Source: Desulfatiglandales bacterium
GTDB taxonomy: Bacteria > Desulfobacterota > DSM-4660 > Desulfatiglandales > HGW-15
Assembly: GCA_963667015.2 (NCBI GenBank)
Contig: CAXXJJ010000004.1
Location: 2,912,001-2,976,000 of the forward strand
DNA: 64,000 nucleotides
Direction: 5' to 3'
The position numbers and the translations under genes are program-made. Within the stretch, counting starts at the first letter, position 1. Each line of letters starts with the position of its first letter. The notes under the pieces were generated by a model that ran no database searches, was not told the origin of the DNA, and saw nothing but the letters and a program-made list of their open reading frames with translations. Below, piece by piece: positions 19,100 through 27,726 of this stretch.

Positions 19100-19936
19100 T
19101 TGAATACACTACCTGATGATTTAATAAATTTTCTTCGCCAAAGTCGTCAATTAGAATACGATGTACCGAATTCCACGATAGGGCCTATTAGGATGAAAAC
19201 TGAAAAGGATCTAGAGCTTAATACTATTTCTTTTTATCCCGCTACTCAATCAATAATAGATGATCCTTATAGTGATTTGGATGGATTGTACATTGCTGAG
19301 GTAATCGATCTTATATCAGAATCTGAAGACTACGACCCGGAAGGCCTATTATGTTGGGTTCCTTCTTTAAAAAGTTATGCCTGCATTGATGCGGAACATG
19401 GCACAGTATTAAAATTCATGGATACAACATGGTCTGATATTTCCGAAAATCCCATAGCTTATCTTGATGCCCAATGGGATTTTGTAAGTATAGATACTAA
19501 ATCGGAAATTATACTCCCTTGGTTACACTTTCCTTTCGAGCTTGAAGAATACGATCAAATCTTGAAGCCATATCCATCAATTTGCTCTGTTCATGTTGAG
19601 CCTGTTATCGCTAAAAAATTTAATAAGCCTCCATTATTTAATGCCTTGCGGCAACGAGAACTATCACAATGGATTGAAAGATATACAACTTACTTTCCTT
19701 GTTCAGGTGTTCCGGTGACGGAAGACGAGTTACTTTGTTGCATTAAATGCCATGAAGAGGAAGCTAAATGGATAAGTGAGATAGATGATGCTATTATAGC
19801 CATCGATGAAAAACCAAACGAAGATGGATGGTTAAAATGTCCCTTTTGTGGTAAACGGTTCAAAATAAATGATAAAGAGATTTTTAAAGATGGCGTACAT
19901 TTAATGTGTGGTCAAAAGATTTCTATTATGTCTTAG
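19100..19936 (+). CDS. Cassette protein, SMI1/KNR4(SUKH)-like N-terminus plus Cys-rich C-terminus
   Basis: LPDDLINFL start; CSVH, CCIKC, CPFC...HLMC; family call is inference. Confidence 0.6.
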   Translation: MNTLPDDLINFLRQSRQLEYDVPNSTIGPIRMKTEKDLELNTISFYPATQSIIDDPYSDLDGLYIAEVIDLISESEDYDPEGLLCWVPSLKSYACIDAEHGTVLKFMDTTWSDISENPIAYLDAQWDFVSIDTKSEIILPWLHFPFELEEYDQILKPYPSICSVHVEPVIAKKFNKPPLFNALRQRELSQWIERYTTYFPCSGVPVTEDELLCCIKCHEEEAKWISEIDDAIIAIDEKPNEDGWLKCPFCGKRFKINDKEIFKDGVHLMCGQKISIMS

Positions 19937-19955
19937 TATTATATAACCTTGAATT

Positions 19956-20022
19956 ACATAACATCGGCTTTCACCGGAAAGCCTGATGAGTCGTCGGCTT
20001 CCCGTGAAGCCGGGCGTTATTT
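19956..20022 (+). repeat. attC site (short class)
   Basis: ACATAAC...GTTATTT; near-identical to 27321-27387. Confidence 0.9.
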
Positions 20023-20037
20023 TTCGAATATGAATAA

Positions 20038-20406
20038 ATGGCAAAAGTAAAATTTAAAAATGTTTTCATTACTATTATGGGGTCTTTACTTTTTCTAGGC
20101 GTTGTAGGTTTTATTCTATTTGCCTATCAAAAAGTACAAAGTGGTCACGGCATTGAATATTATCGAACTGGACGTGGCGATCAAATGAGTTACATCGGAG
20201 CTTTAATAACTTTTGGGCTTATTCCCGGTGCTCTATTTTTTGGCTGGTTAGGTAATAAAATTTATGGTCTTCGAAAAAAACAATTAAAAACAAAAGAAAA
20301 GACGAAAATAACCCGGCAATTAAGTGCGACTGGCTGGTTTTTCTTGCCGATTGAATTTCAATGGGGTCAATGGTCTTCATACTTTATCCACCATCAGTAC
20401 CATTAA
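20038..20406 (+). CDS. Cassette 2-TM protein reading into its attC
   Basis: Stop lies about 95 nt inside attC 20306-20436. Confidence 0.72.
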   Translation: MAKVKFKNVFITIMGSLLFLGVVGFILFAYQKVQSGHGIEYYRTGRGDQMSYIGALITFGLIPGALFFGWLGNKIYGLRKKQLKTKEKTKITRQLSATGWFFLPIEFQWGQWSSYFIHHQYH

Positions 20407-20436
20407 CCCGCCAGCGCCTTATCGCCACCGTTATAC
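20306..20436 (+). repeat. attC site (long class)
   Basis: AAATAAC...GTTATAC. Confidence 0.87.
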
Positions 20437-20444
20437 AGAGGAAT

Positions 20445-20747
20445 ATGTATCCTGAAATTTATACATCTAAAGAAATCTCTCTCATTAAATCTCTAATGAA
20501 TAAATTTCGAGAGATTATCGCTGATGACGAAGCCCTATATGGTTTTTCACTAGAGGAATTTGACGTCGTAATGAATGCTTTTCCAGATGTGGATCTAATT
20601 GATGAAGAGCCCACTGGAATAGATCATTCTTGGATTGTTTTAAATAATATGTATTCATTTTTATTGGATGATAATCCCAATAAAATACTAAAAACAGAAG
20701 AAAGAGAACTTGTAAAGGCCATGTGGGGGAAATTAAAAAATGTATAA
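20445..20747 (+). CDS. Cassette acidic hypothetical protein
   Basis: GAGGA RBS, ATG 20445. Confidence 0.76.
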   Translation: MYPEIYTSKEISLIKSLMNKFREIIADDEALYGFSLEEFDVVMNAFPDVDLIDEEPTGIDHSWIVLNNMYSFLLDDNPNKILKTEERELVKAMWGKLKNV

Positions 20748-20867
20748 CATGGCATTCAACAAGACGTGCTACTATCTTGCCGAATCGGCCTTTCAAGGTT
20801 TGCATAATTTGTACCTTTAATAACCTTAAATGGTAGGCACCGCACGCGTGTTAATTTTTCGTTATAA
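20742..20867 (+). repeat. attC site (long class)
   Basis: GTATAAC...GTTATAA. Confidence 0.87.
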
Positions 20868-20891
20868 GGCTCGGAATATTACAAAGGAATA

Positions 20892-21212
20892 TTGTTAATG
20901 GATGAATGGTCTGATGAATTAAAATTATTTGCAGTTCTTTCAAGTGTAAAGGTTCTACTTGAAACAGTAAGTCAAGAAGATGGGTTTGGTTTAGAATCTT
21001 CAGAAGAATCACTTAAAATCATAAATGATGCAATTGCATTTTTCCTTGAACCTAAATCAAATGATTTTTCAGAAACATTATCAATGCATTTTGGGCCAAC
21101 TGGTCCGCTTCAAGAAATTTCAATATCTAATGGCTGGGATGAAGTCTATTTAAAATTAGCAGAACAGTTTGAAAAATACGCGTATTGTCTTGAAAAGAAA
21201 AAAGACTTATAA
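20892..21212 (+). CDS. Cassette hypothetical protein
   Basis: FGPTGPLQEISISNGW segment; fills cassette. Confidence 0.78.
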   Translation: MLMDEWSDELKLFAVLSSVKVLLETVSQEDGFGLESSEESLKIINDAIAFFLEPKSNDFSETLSMHFGPTGPLQEISISNGWDEVYLKLAEQFEKYAYCLEKKKDL

Positions 21213-21335
21213 CAATAAAATCAACAAGGACATGCTACTATATCGCCGAATCGGTCTTTCGAGGTTCGCGAAATTTTTTATATTAAATAATCTTTATAGG
21301 TAGGCACCGCATGCCTGTTATTTTTGGCGTTGGCG
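21207..21335 (+). repeat. attC site (long class)
   Basis: TTATAAC...GTTGGCG. Confidence 0.88.
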
Positions 21336-21604
21336 TGCTGGAAAGTAGAAAGAATATAATTACAGTGGAAGCGGAAATGAAGTTGACAATAACATGTAAC
21401 TCAAGGGCGCGAGAATTGATCTGGAAATAAAAAGGTAACAAAACAAAGGAAATCCATTCCCCTGAAATTCCTTTGAAAATTAAATCAAAACAATATAAAA
21501 AGAATCATTCAAAAAACATAGTATTCAAAAAGCATCAAATCTTTAAAATCAGTAATTGAAAGTAAGCAGTCAAAAACAAACTAAACAGGTCGGCGGCAGC
21601 CAAC
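21329..21604 (+). repeat. Gene-less cassette family B, copy 3
   Basis: Full-length match to copy 1. Confidence 0.9.
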
Positions 21605-21729
21605 CATTGCATCTACAAGGACCGTGCTATTTTTTTCGCCTTTTTTAAATTACCTGCCAACTCGGAATCTTCGTATTTTTAACATGGTAAGTTGGTTTGC
21701 ACCGCGGCCTGTAATGCTTTTCGTTAGAA
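21598..21729 (+). repeat. attC site (long class)
   Basis: AGCCAAC...GTTAGAA. Confidence 0.87.
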
Positions 21730-21734
21730 CTCAT

Positions 21735-22067
21735 ATGAAAATAAAAACCAAACAGATAATCGCGCTCTTAATAATGGTAATATTCTATTCACCATTTATT
21801 TACTCTGGAGCTATCAAAAATCCGAATAATATTGATTTTGGATCTAGCACATTATTGTGGTATTTATTTGGCCTTATTTCGTTCCCAGTAATTTACTTTG
21901 TTTTAGGAAAAGAAGTTTTTCAAAAAACAAAACTTTGGGAAAAAGATGGATACACGGGCTTTTGGGAATGGATAAAGCATAGCAAAAGTTTCACGGCAAG
22001 AATCTTCCGGTGGGGAAATATTTTTGCATTACTTATAATTATATTTTCATTATTCGCAGTAATATAA
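21735..22067 (+). CDS. Cassette 3-TM membrane protein
   Basis: ATG 21735 just after attC. Confidence 0.75.
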   Translation: MKIKTKQIIALLIMVIFYSPFIYSGAIKNPNNIDFGSSTLLWYLFGLISFPVIYFVLGKEVFQKTKLWEKDGYTGFWEWIKHSKSFTARIFRWGNIFALLIIIFSLFAVI

Positions 22068-22081
22068 AAAAACAAAAGAGG

Positions 22082-22212
22082 TTCTAACATCACAATTAAG
22101 TGGGACTAGCTGGTTTTTCATGCCGATTGGAATCCATCAGTATCAATGGTCTTCGTACTTTAACGACCATAGTTACCATTAACCCGCTAGCCCCTTATTG
22201 TGGGCGTTATAA
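22082..22212 (+). repeat. attC site (long class)
   Basis: TTCTAAC...GTTATAA. Confidence 0.88.
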
Positions 22213-22213
22213 A

Positions 22214-22654
22214 ATGAGAAAAATGAAAAAAATAATCATATTACTACTACCATTATTATTCTTTTCCTGTGCTTCATTACATATCAATAATGAAAGAGTT
22301 CAAAATATCGAAATCATATACGAACCAAGACCAGATTTGAGGGATTCACCATTAGTAATTCCATTAAGATACGAAGGCACAATAAATATATTAATCAGAG
22401 AACTTAATAACTCTAAAAAATCTTTCATTTTATTTGCGGCTAAGGAAGTCTTGGAAGAGGGAAGATATGAAATTCATATTAAATATAATGACAAAGAAAT
22501 CATAGATACATTTGATGTTTCTAATACTGAAGATGTATTCTGGGAAAATAAAAATAAGCTATACAAAAATAAACAATTACTTAATTTTGTAAGGTCATTG
22601 CTATTTAGCGAACTGAGTAGACGTAAAATAAAATTGAATGATGTTACCCAATAA
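22214..22654 (+). CDS. Cassette lipoprotein
   Basis: MKKIIILLLPLLFFSC lipobox. Confidence 0.8.
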   Translation: MRKMKKIIILLLPLLFFSCASLHINNERVQNIEIIYEPRPDLRDSPLVIPLRYEGTINILIRELNNSKKSFILFAAKEVLEEGRYEIHIKYNDKEIIDTFDVSNTEDVFWENKNKLYKNKQLLNFVRSLLFSELSRRKIKLNDVTQ

Positions 22655-22656
22655 TT

Positions 22657-22785
22657 TTATAACATCACGTTCAAGGCGACCTGGCTACTATATCGCCGAG
22701 CGAGCAGAGTCAACATTATCAACCATCTTAGGAGTATGAGGCTTGGTGCCATAAAAACGCCAGGCTCCTTAACTCCGCGTTAAAA
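22657..22785 (+). repeat. attC site (long class)
   Basis: TTATAAC...GTTAAAA. Confidence 0.87.
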
Positions 22786-23015
22786 GCTGAAAAGGGATGG
22801 GTGAAAAATGGTATTTGGTAAAAATGGCAGCGTTGCCAAATTTACCAAATGGCAGTAGAAGAAATAAAAATCCGGGATGAATTAATCCCATTTGGCGGAT
22901 CTGGCAGTGTCGCCAAATCCGCCAAATGTAAAAATAAAATCAAAATATTGTTGTAATAATAACTGGTTATCAAAAATACAAGGTCGGTAAATAGCAGGCG
23001 AAATTGGCTTTTAAC
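22779..23015 (+). repeat. Gene-less cassette family A, copy 3
   Basis: Hairpins 22813-22850 and 22890-22927. Confidence 0.88.
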
Positions 23016-23096
23016 CTGTCGCTTCACAAGACCACGAGGGGCTTCTTTCAATTTTTGCTGAGCATCTCGGCGTGGCTTGTGAGCTGGCCGTTAAGT
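23009..23096 (+). repeat. attC site (medium class)
   Basis: TTTTAAC...GTTAAGT. Confidence 0.9.
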
Positions 23097-23103
23097 GAAG
23101 GAC

Positions 23104-23502
23104 ATGAGAGAAGAATTAAAATATCCTAAAATTGAAGCCATTGATTCAGTGTTAATGAAAATAGGTGTAGAGCCATCATCGAGATATGATGAACACGATC
23201 AGGACCATGAATATACAACGTGTCGAATCGAAGAGATTGAAAAGTATTTTACTCTTTACAAAAAGAATGACACAACATTTTTTGAAAAAAGAGTTCTTGG
23301 TTGTTATTTTTTAGAGTGCCTTAACGAATATCTCGAAGACAATAAATTTCCACACGTTTTACAAAATGAAATTTTAAGCCTATTACATACTGATATTGAA
23401 ATTCATGAATCAGAACTTGAATATTGGTCAAATACCTCTAATGGTAGCAAAGAAGATTGGTGGGCGATTACATCGGAAATAATAAACTGGAGAAACACTT
23501 AA
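23104..23502 (+). CDS. Cassette acidic hypothetical protein
   Basis: ATG 23104 after AAGGA; stop in R''. Confidence 0.77.
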   Translation: MREELKYPKIEAIDSVLMKIGVEPSSRYDEHDQDHEYTTCRIEEIEKYFTLYKKNDTTFFEKRVLGCYFLECLNEYLEDNKFPHVLQNEILSLLHTDIEIHESELEYWSNTSNGSKEDWWAITSEIINWRNT

Positions 23503-23581
23503 CCTGCCGCTCTACCAGACCCCGGAGGGTTCCTTGCTTGTCGCGGAAATCACGGCGGGGCTGGTAAGCTAAACGTTATGA
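23497..23581 (+). repeat. attC site (medium class)
   Basis: ACTTAAC...GTTATGA. Confidence 0.88.
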
Positions 23582-23591
23582 GAGGACAAAT

Positions 23592-23924
23592 ATGAATAAA
23601 ATAATACTAATCATGCTTCTGCTTTCACTTTGTTCTTCATGTGTTTCTACTGTATCGTCGAAAAATGAAATAGGAAAATTCAATGTTAATGTTTCTTTTT
23701 CAGAAAAATACAATACAGATGTTGCAAGTATTTCAGGCATAAGTCAAGACAGCGCATTGTGGATCAATAGTTATAAAATAAATTACAAAAATGATAAGGT
23801 CATTCTAATCATCAAAAAGGGTTTAAGGGAAACCGGTATTTCGGGACCATATCTTATAGAATTTCCTATTTCAAAGTCTGTTAATGAAATTTATTTAGAT
23901 TCGGAAGTCATTTGGAAAAGATAA
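23592..23924 (+). CDS. Cassette lipoprotein
   Basis: MNKIILIMLLLSLCSSC. Confidence 0.8.
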   Translation: MNKIILIMLLLSLCSSCVSTVSSKNEIGKFNVNVSFSEKYNTDVASISGISQDSALWINSYKINYKNDKVILIIKKGLRETGISGPYLIEFPISKSVNEIYLDSEVIWKR

Positions 23925-23941
23925 CTGAGGCAGGAAAAGAC

Positions 23942-24069
23942 TCATAACATGTCATTCAACAAGACGTGCTTACTATCTTGCCGAATCGCGCTTTTAAGGT
24001 TTACGATATTTATACTTTAAATAATCTTCCGTGGCAGATTTCCGCACGCATGTTAATTTTTCGTTGTAA
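23942..24069 (+). repeat. attC site (long class)
   Basis: TCATAAC...GTTGTAA. Confidence 0.85.
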
Positions 24070-24097
24070 GTCAAAAATATTAAATGGCAATATTGTA

Positions 24098-24403
24098 ATG
24101 GACTGGGACAATATAAAAATAAAAGCGATAGTTCGGTTGCGGTTCTTAAGGGATAAAAAACTTCCAATTCAAATTGGGCACTTTGGGTGTCCGAGTGAAA
24201 TTGAAGGTTTCCCAACTGAAAACTTATGGGACGTCAGAATTCAAATAAAAAAAGATTATGTCGCGAAAGACGAAACTATTGAAACCCAGATTGTATTTAT
24301 TTCACCAGATGTCGCCGAGCAGCATCTTAAAAAAGGTGCAAAGATAAAATTGTGGGAATTAGGCGACCTAGCTGAAGGGGAAATAATAAATCTACTTTAT
24401 TAA
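24098..24403 (+). CDS. Cassette protein resembling stand-alone EF-Tu domain III barrel
   Basis: IKAIVRL...FISP...LKKGAKIKLWE..LAEGEII pattern; inference. Confidence 0.55.
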   Translation: MDWDNIKIKAIVRLRFLRDKKLPIQIGHFGCPSEIEGFPTENLWDVRIQIKKDYVAKDETIETQIVFISPDVAEQHLKKGAKIKLWELGDLAEGEIINLLY

Positions 24404-24443
24404 GCATTGAATCCAAACAATTAAAATATGGTACAAAGGCAAC

Positions 24444-24510
24444 TTACAACAAATCAATAAACCCGACCGGGCGATAAAACGCCGCCCGGCCGGTTATCGT
24501 GTCGTTAAAA
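24444..24510 (+). repeat. attC site (short class)
   Basis: TTACAAC...GTTAAAA. Confidence 0.9.
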
Positions 24511-24828
24511 GTTGAAATGGAACATGTGTCACATGCTATTTGGCCGATCCGGCAATGTTGCCAAAAAGGCCAAATAGTAAAATAGAATAAGTAATCAAAA
24601 GGGAAATCCAGGTAATAAAATTGCTATTTGGTAAAAATGGCAGCGTTGCCAAATTTACCAAATGGCAGTAGAAGAAATAAAAATCCGGGATGAATTAATC
24701 CCATTTGGCGGATCTGGCAGTGTCGCCAAATCCGCCAAATGTAAAAATAAAATCAAAATTAAGTCATAATAATAACTGGTTATCAAAAAACAATAGTCGG
24801 TAAATAGCAGGCGAAATCGGCTTTTAAC
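24504..24828 (+). repeat. Gene-less cassette family A, copy 4 (three palindromes)
   Basis: Hairpins 24538-24575, 24626-24663, 24703-24740. Confidence 0.88.
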
Positions 24829-24909
24829 CTGTCGCTTCACAAGACCACGAGGGGCTTCTTTCAATTTTTGCTGAGCATCTCGGCGTGGCTTGTGAGCTGG
24901 CTGTTATAA
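24822..24909 (+). repeat. attC site (medium class)
   Basis: TTTTAAC...GTTATAA. Confidence 0.9.
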
Positions 24910-24930
24910 CTGCAAAGAAAATAAATAATC

Positions 24931-25260
24931 ATGAAAAATAAATACATTGGTAAATGGCGTATTAGAGAGATGGAACACTGGGACCAAAATTTTATTGACC
25001 TAGACACTCCTGGTTATTTTTTATTCGAAAAAGACAAAAGTGGTCATTTTCATTTTGTAGCAATTGAAGGCGAGATCGACTACAGAATAGAAGAAGTTGG
25101 AGAAGTTGAAAGAATAGAATTCTCATGGGTCGGGCATGATGAAGGTGACCCTGTATCCGGTCGTGGCTGGGCAGTCATTGACGGTAATGAAATGCATGGA
25201 AAAATCTATTTTCATATGGGAGATGGTTCTTGGTTTAAAGCAAAAAGAAAAACCAAATAA
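24931..25260 (+). CDS. Cassette beta-barrel-type hypothetical protein
   Basis: GKWRI.EM..W...FSW.G.DEGD.VSGRGW; fills cassette. Confidence 0.82.
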   Translation: MKNKYIGKWRIREMEHWDQNFIDLDTPGYFLFEKDKSGHFHFVAIEGEIDYRIEEVGEVERIEFSWVGHDEGDPVSGRGWAVIDGNEMHGKIYFHMGDGSWFKAKRKTK

Positions 25261-25284
25261 AATAAGTCCTCAACTTCAATATTA

Positions 25285-25412
25285 TTATAACATCAGCATC
25301 TACAAGGACATGCTATTATATCGCCAAATCGACCTATTGAGTTTCGCGATATTATATTCTAATAATAATTTTAAAGGTATGCACCGCATGCCTGTAATGC
25401 AGCACGTTATAA
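25285..25412 (+). repeat. attC site (long class)
   Basis: TTATAAC...GTTATAA. Confidence 0.88.
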
Positions 25413-25440
25413 GCAAACCAGTAATTAAGGAAAATAGTTA

Positions 25441-25788
25441 ATGTCAAATCGAGACAGCAAGGTAATAGGATATTTTTCATATTCTTCCCCAACAGAAGTT
25501 GTATGCACAGGAAACGCATGTGTAATATCGGGATCTGATAAATTTATGAGTTCCTATATTAATGAAATTGACCCGACTGGACAAAAAAAGAGAACAATTA
25601 AAAAGACTAGATTCGGTGAAATCCTTAGAGGTCTAAAACTTGGAGCAGCCTACGCTTTCGATGAGGAATCATATGGCAGGTTTTATCCTCTTGCTCTGGA
25701 AGAAGGTTTAGCTGTTGAAAAAGCTGATTTTGAGAAAATGAGATCCCAGAATTTACGTTTCTTTACTGTACAACTTAAGAGCTTATAA
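25441..25788 (+). CDS. Cassette hypothetical protein
   Basis: AAGGA RBS; stop in R''. Confidence 0.8.
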   Translation: MSNRDSKVIGYFSYSSPTEVVCTGNACVISGSDKFMSSYINEIDPTGQKKRTIKKTRFGEILRGLKLGAAYAFDEESYGRFYPLALEEGLAVEKADFEKMRSQNLRFFTVQLKSL

Positions 25789-25871
25789 CCATTAAATCAA
25801 CGTGACCGCGGTGGGCCTCTTTTAATTTTTCCGGAACACCTTGGCGCGGCACGTTATTTAGCCCGTTGGCG
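25783..25871 (+). repeat. attC site (medium class)
   Basis: TTATAAC...GTTGGCG. Confidence 0.9.
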
Positions 25872-26141
25872 TGCTTGAAAGTAGAAAGAATGAAATTACA
25901 GGGAAATCGGAAATAAAGTTGCCAATAACATGTAACTCAAGGGCGCGAGAATTGATCTGGAAATAAGAAGGTAAAAAAATATCAAGGAAATCCATTCCTC
26001 GGAAATTCTTTGAAAAATAATTCAGAACAATATAAAAAGAATAATCAAAAAACATAGTATTCAAAAAGCATCAAATCTTTAAAAAACAGTAATTGAAAGT
26101 AAGCAGTCAAAAACAAACTAAACAGGTTGGCGGCAGCCAAC
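25865..26141 (+). repeat. Gene-less cassette family B, copy 4
   Basis: Full-length match to copy 1. Confidence 0.9.
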
Positions 26142-26268
26142 CATTGCATCTACAAGGACCGTGCTATTTTTTTCGCCTTTTTTAAACTATCTGCCATCCA
26201 TGAACTTTCTTGCATTTAATATGGCAAGTAGGTTTGCACTGCCCGGCCTGTAATGCTTTTCGTTAGCA
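26135..26268 (+). repeat. attC site (long class)
   Basis: AGCCAAC...GTTAGCA. Confidence 0.87.
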
Positions 26269-26281
26269 TTTAGGAAATATC

Positions 26282-27316
26282 ATGTGGAATCCATTTCGTC
26301 GGAAGAAAATAAATCAGTCATCACATTCAACTGAACATCAGAGCAATCGTGTTGATGCTCTGGCAAATGAACTTCAGCAAGAAGGTCGAATTAAAGACCT
26401 TGAACATGAATTAGAGCGCCTTGATTACTCGTCACTCTCTAAAATCGAAAAAGAAGCTTGGTGGCACTTATATGGAATTGTGGCTTTTCAAGATGGCCAT
26501 GACAATGAGGCTTTACAACGATTCCAAGAGGCATATAATAAATTTCCGAATTCAGCACAGATCAGGTTTTCATTAGGTCAACAGTATATCCGTACCGGAG
26601 ATATTGAAAAAGGTTTTAGTTTATTTAAGACATGTAGATTTCCTGACGTGTCTAGGGAATACGCGCTCGCTCAGGCTAGATATGCCTACCTCTGGGATCG
26701 ACATGAGGATGGAAAATTATTCCTAAGACCATTTTTTGATGCATATAAACAAGTCAAAATATTAGATGACCACTTTTTGTACGTCCGTGGTTTACCATTT
26801 TTCAGTCAATGGTGGTCTTACCTAACAGCATTTGCAATCTTATCTGATGATTACGAAGAAATAGATTCAATCACTAAATATGTAAGTAAAAGCTGTAGCG
26901 ATTATGATTTTGATTATCTTCAAGTTGAGTTAGAGGCTTACAAAAATGACAAACCTCAGATATTACTTGAAACACTTGAAAAAAGGCTTCGTGATATGTC
27001 AGGAGGTAATTTCCCAACAGGTTATACGCGGATGAATATAGCAGTAATTAAATCACGAAACTCTGAATCTGCTGAGGCTGCGGAGAGTATTCTATCCAAC
27101 GTAGAGCTATCTGAGCAAGATTTCCCATGGTTATATGATATTCGAACACTTGCACAAGCAGAAGCCTCTCATCGTCTCGGAGATTCTATTAGTGAGGAAA
27201 AGCATATCAAGGCTTTCATGACAAAACAGAGTATGTTGTTTGAACCCGACATTGCACTAAATTTTCATCTACTTCGGTACCAAGAAATATTAAAGATAGA
27301 ATTTTTAGGGAAATAA
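26282..27316 (+). CDS. Cassette TPR-containing protein
   Basis: AWWHLYGIVAFQDG..EAL..FQEA....P and LGQQY...GD.EKG TPR patterns. Confidence 0.8.
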   Translation: MWNPFRRKKINQSSHSTEHQSNRVDALANELQQEGRIKDLEHELERLDYSSLSKIEKEAWWHLYGIVAFQDGHDNEALQRFQEAYNKFPNSAQIRFSLGQQYIRTGDIEKGFSLFKTCRFPDVSREYALAQARYAYLWDRHEDGKLFLRPFFDAYKQVKILDDHFLYVRGLPFFSQWWSYLTAFAILSDDYEEIDSITKYVSKSCSDYDFDYLQVELEAYKNDKPQILLETLEKRLRDMSGGNFPTGYTRMNIAVIKSRNSESAEAAESILSNVELSEQDFPWLYDIRTLAQAEASHRLGDSISEEKHIKAFMTKQSMLFEPDIALNFHLLRYQEILKIEFLGK

Positions 27317-27320
27317 AAAA

Positions 27321-27387
27321 TGCTAACAATGGCTTTCACCGGAAAGCCTGATGAGACGTCGGCTTCCCGTGAAGCCAGGCGTTGGGC
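27321..27387 (+). repeat. attC site (short class)
   Basis: TGCTAAC...GTTGGGC. Confidence 0.9.
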
Positions 27388-27401
27388 TCAAATAATCACG
27401 C

Positions 27402-27430
27402 TTGACGTTAATCATGCTATTCGTTATCAT
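27402..27430 (+). promoter_or_regulatory. sigma-70 promoter of higBA cassette
   Basis: TTGACG-N17-TATCAT, 5 nt before the ATG (likely leaderless mRNA). Confidence 0.7.
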
Positions 27431-27435
27431 GCCCT

Positions 27436-27714
27436 ATGATTAGTTCATTTAAATGTAAAGACACAAAAGCTCTTTCAAACGGTCAGCGAGTAAAACGCTT
27501 TGTAAATATTGAGAATGTTGCACGTCGTAAACTTCGGCAGCTTGAAATCGCTAATCGAATTGAAGACTTGAGAATTCCACCCGGAAATCGCCTTGAGGCA
27601 CTCAAAGGCGACCGGTCCGGTCAATATAGTATTCGCATCAATGACCAATGGCGTATATGCTTTTACTGGTCAAATTCGGGTGCAGATGATGTTGAAATAG
27701 TCGATTACCACTAA
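27436..27714 (+). CDS. higB: HigB (RelE-family) toxin
   Basis: DLRIPPGNRLEALKGDRSGQYSIRINDQWRICF...EIVDYH. Confidence 0.95.
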   Translation: MISSFKCKDTKALSNGQRVKRFVNIENVARRKLRQLEIANRIEDLRIPPGNRLEALKGDRSGQYSIRINDQWRICFYWSNSGADDVEIVDYH

Positions 27715-27726
27715 GGAGGTCTTATT

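Noticed and set aside
6680..24098. Long N-terminal extensions in track ORFs (6680, 7125, 11895, 12381, 20361, 21624, 22100, 23966)
   Set aside because: They begin inside the upstream attC; better ATG starts lie just after R'.
3769..24828. Family A palindromes as a CRISPR mini-array
   Set aside because: The repeats differ in sequence while the spacers are shared between copies, the opposite of CRISPR; no cas genes in the window.
26101..26131. Family B tail (GCAGTC...CTAAACAGGTT) as an attI site
   Set aside because: Only a loose resemblance to attI1; L-box spacing does not fit.
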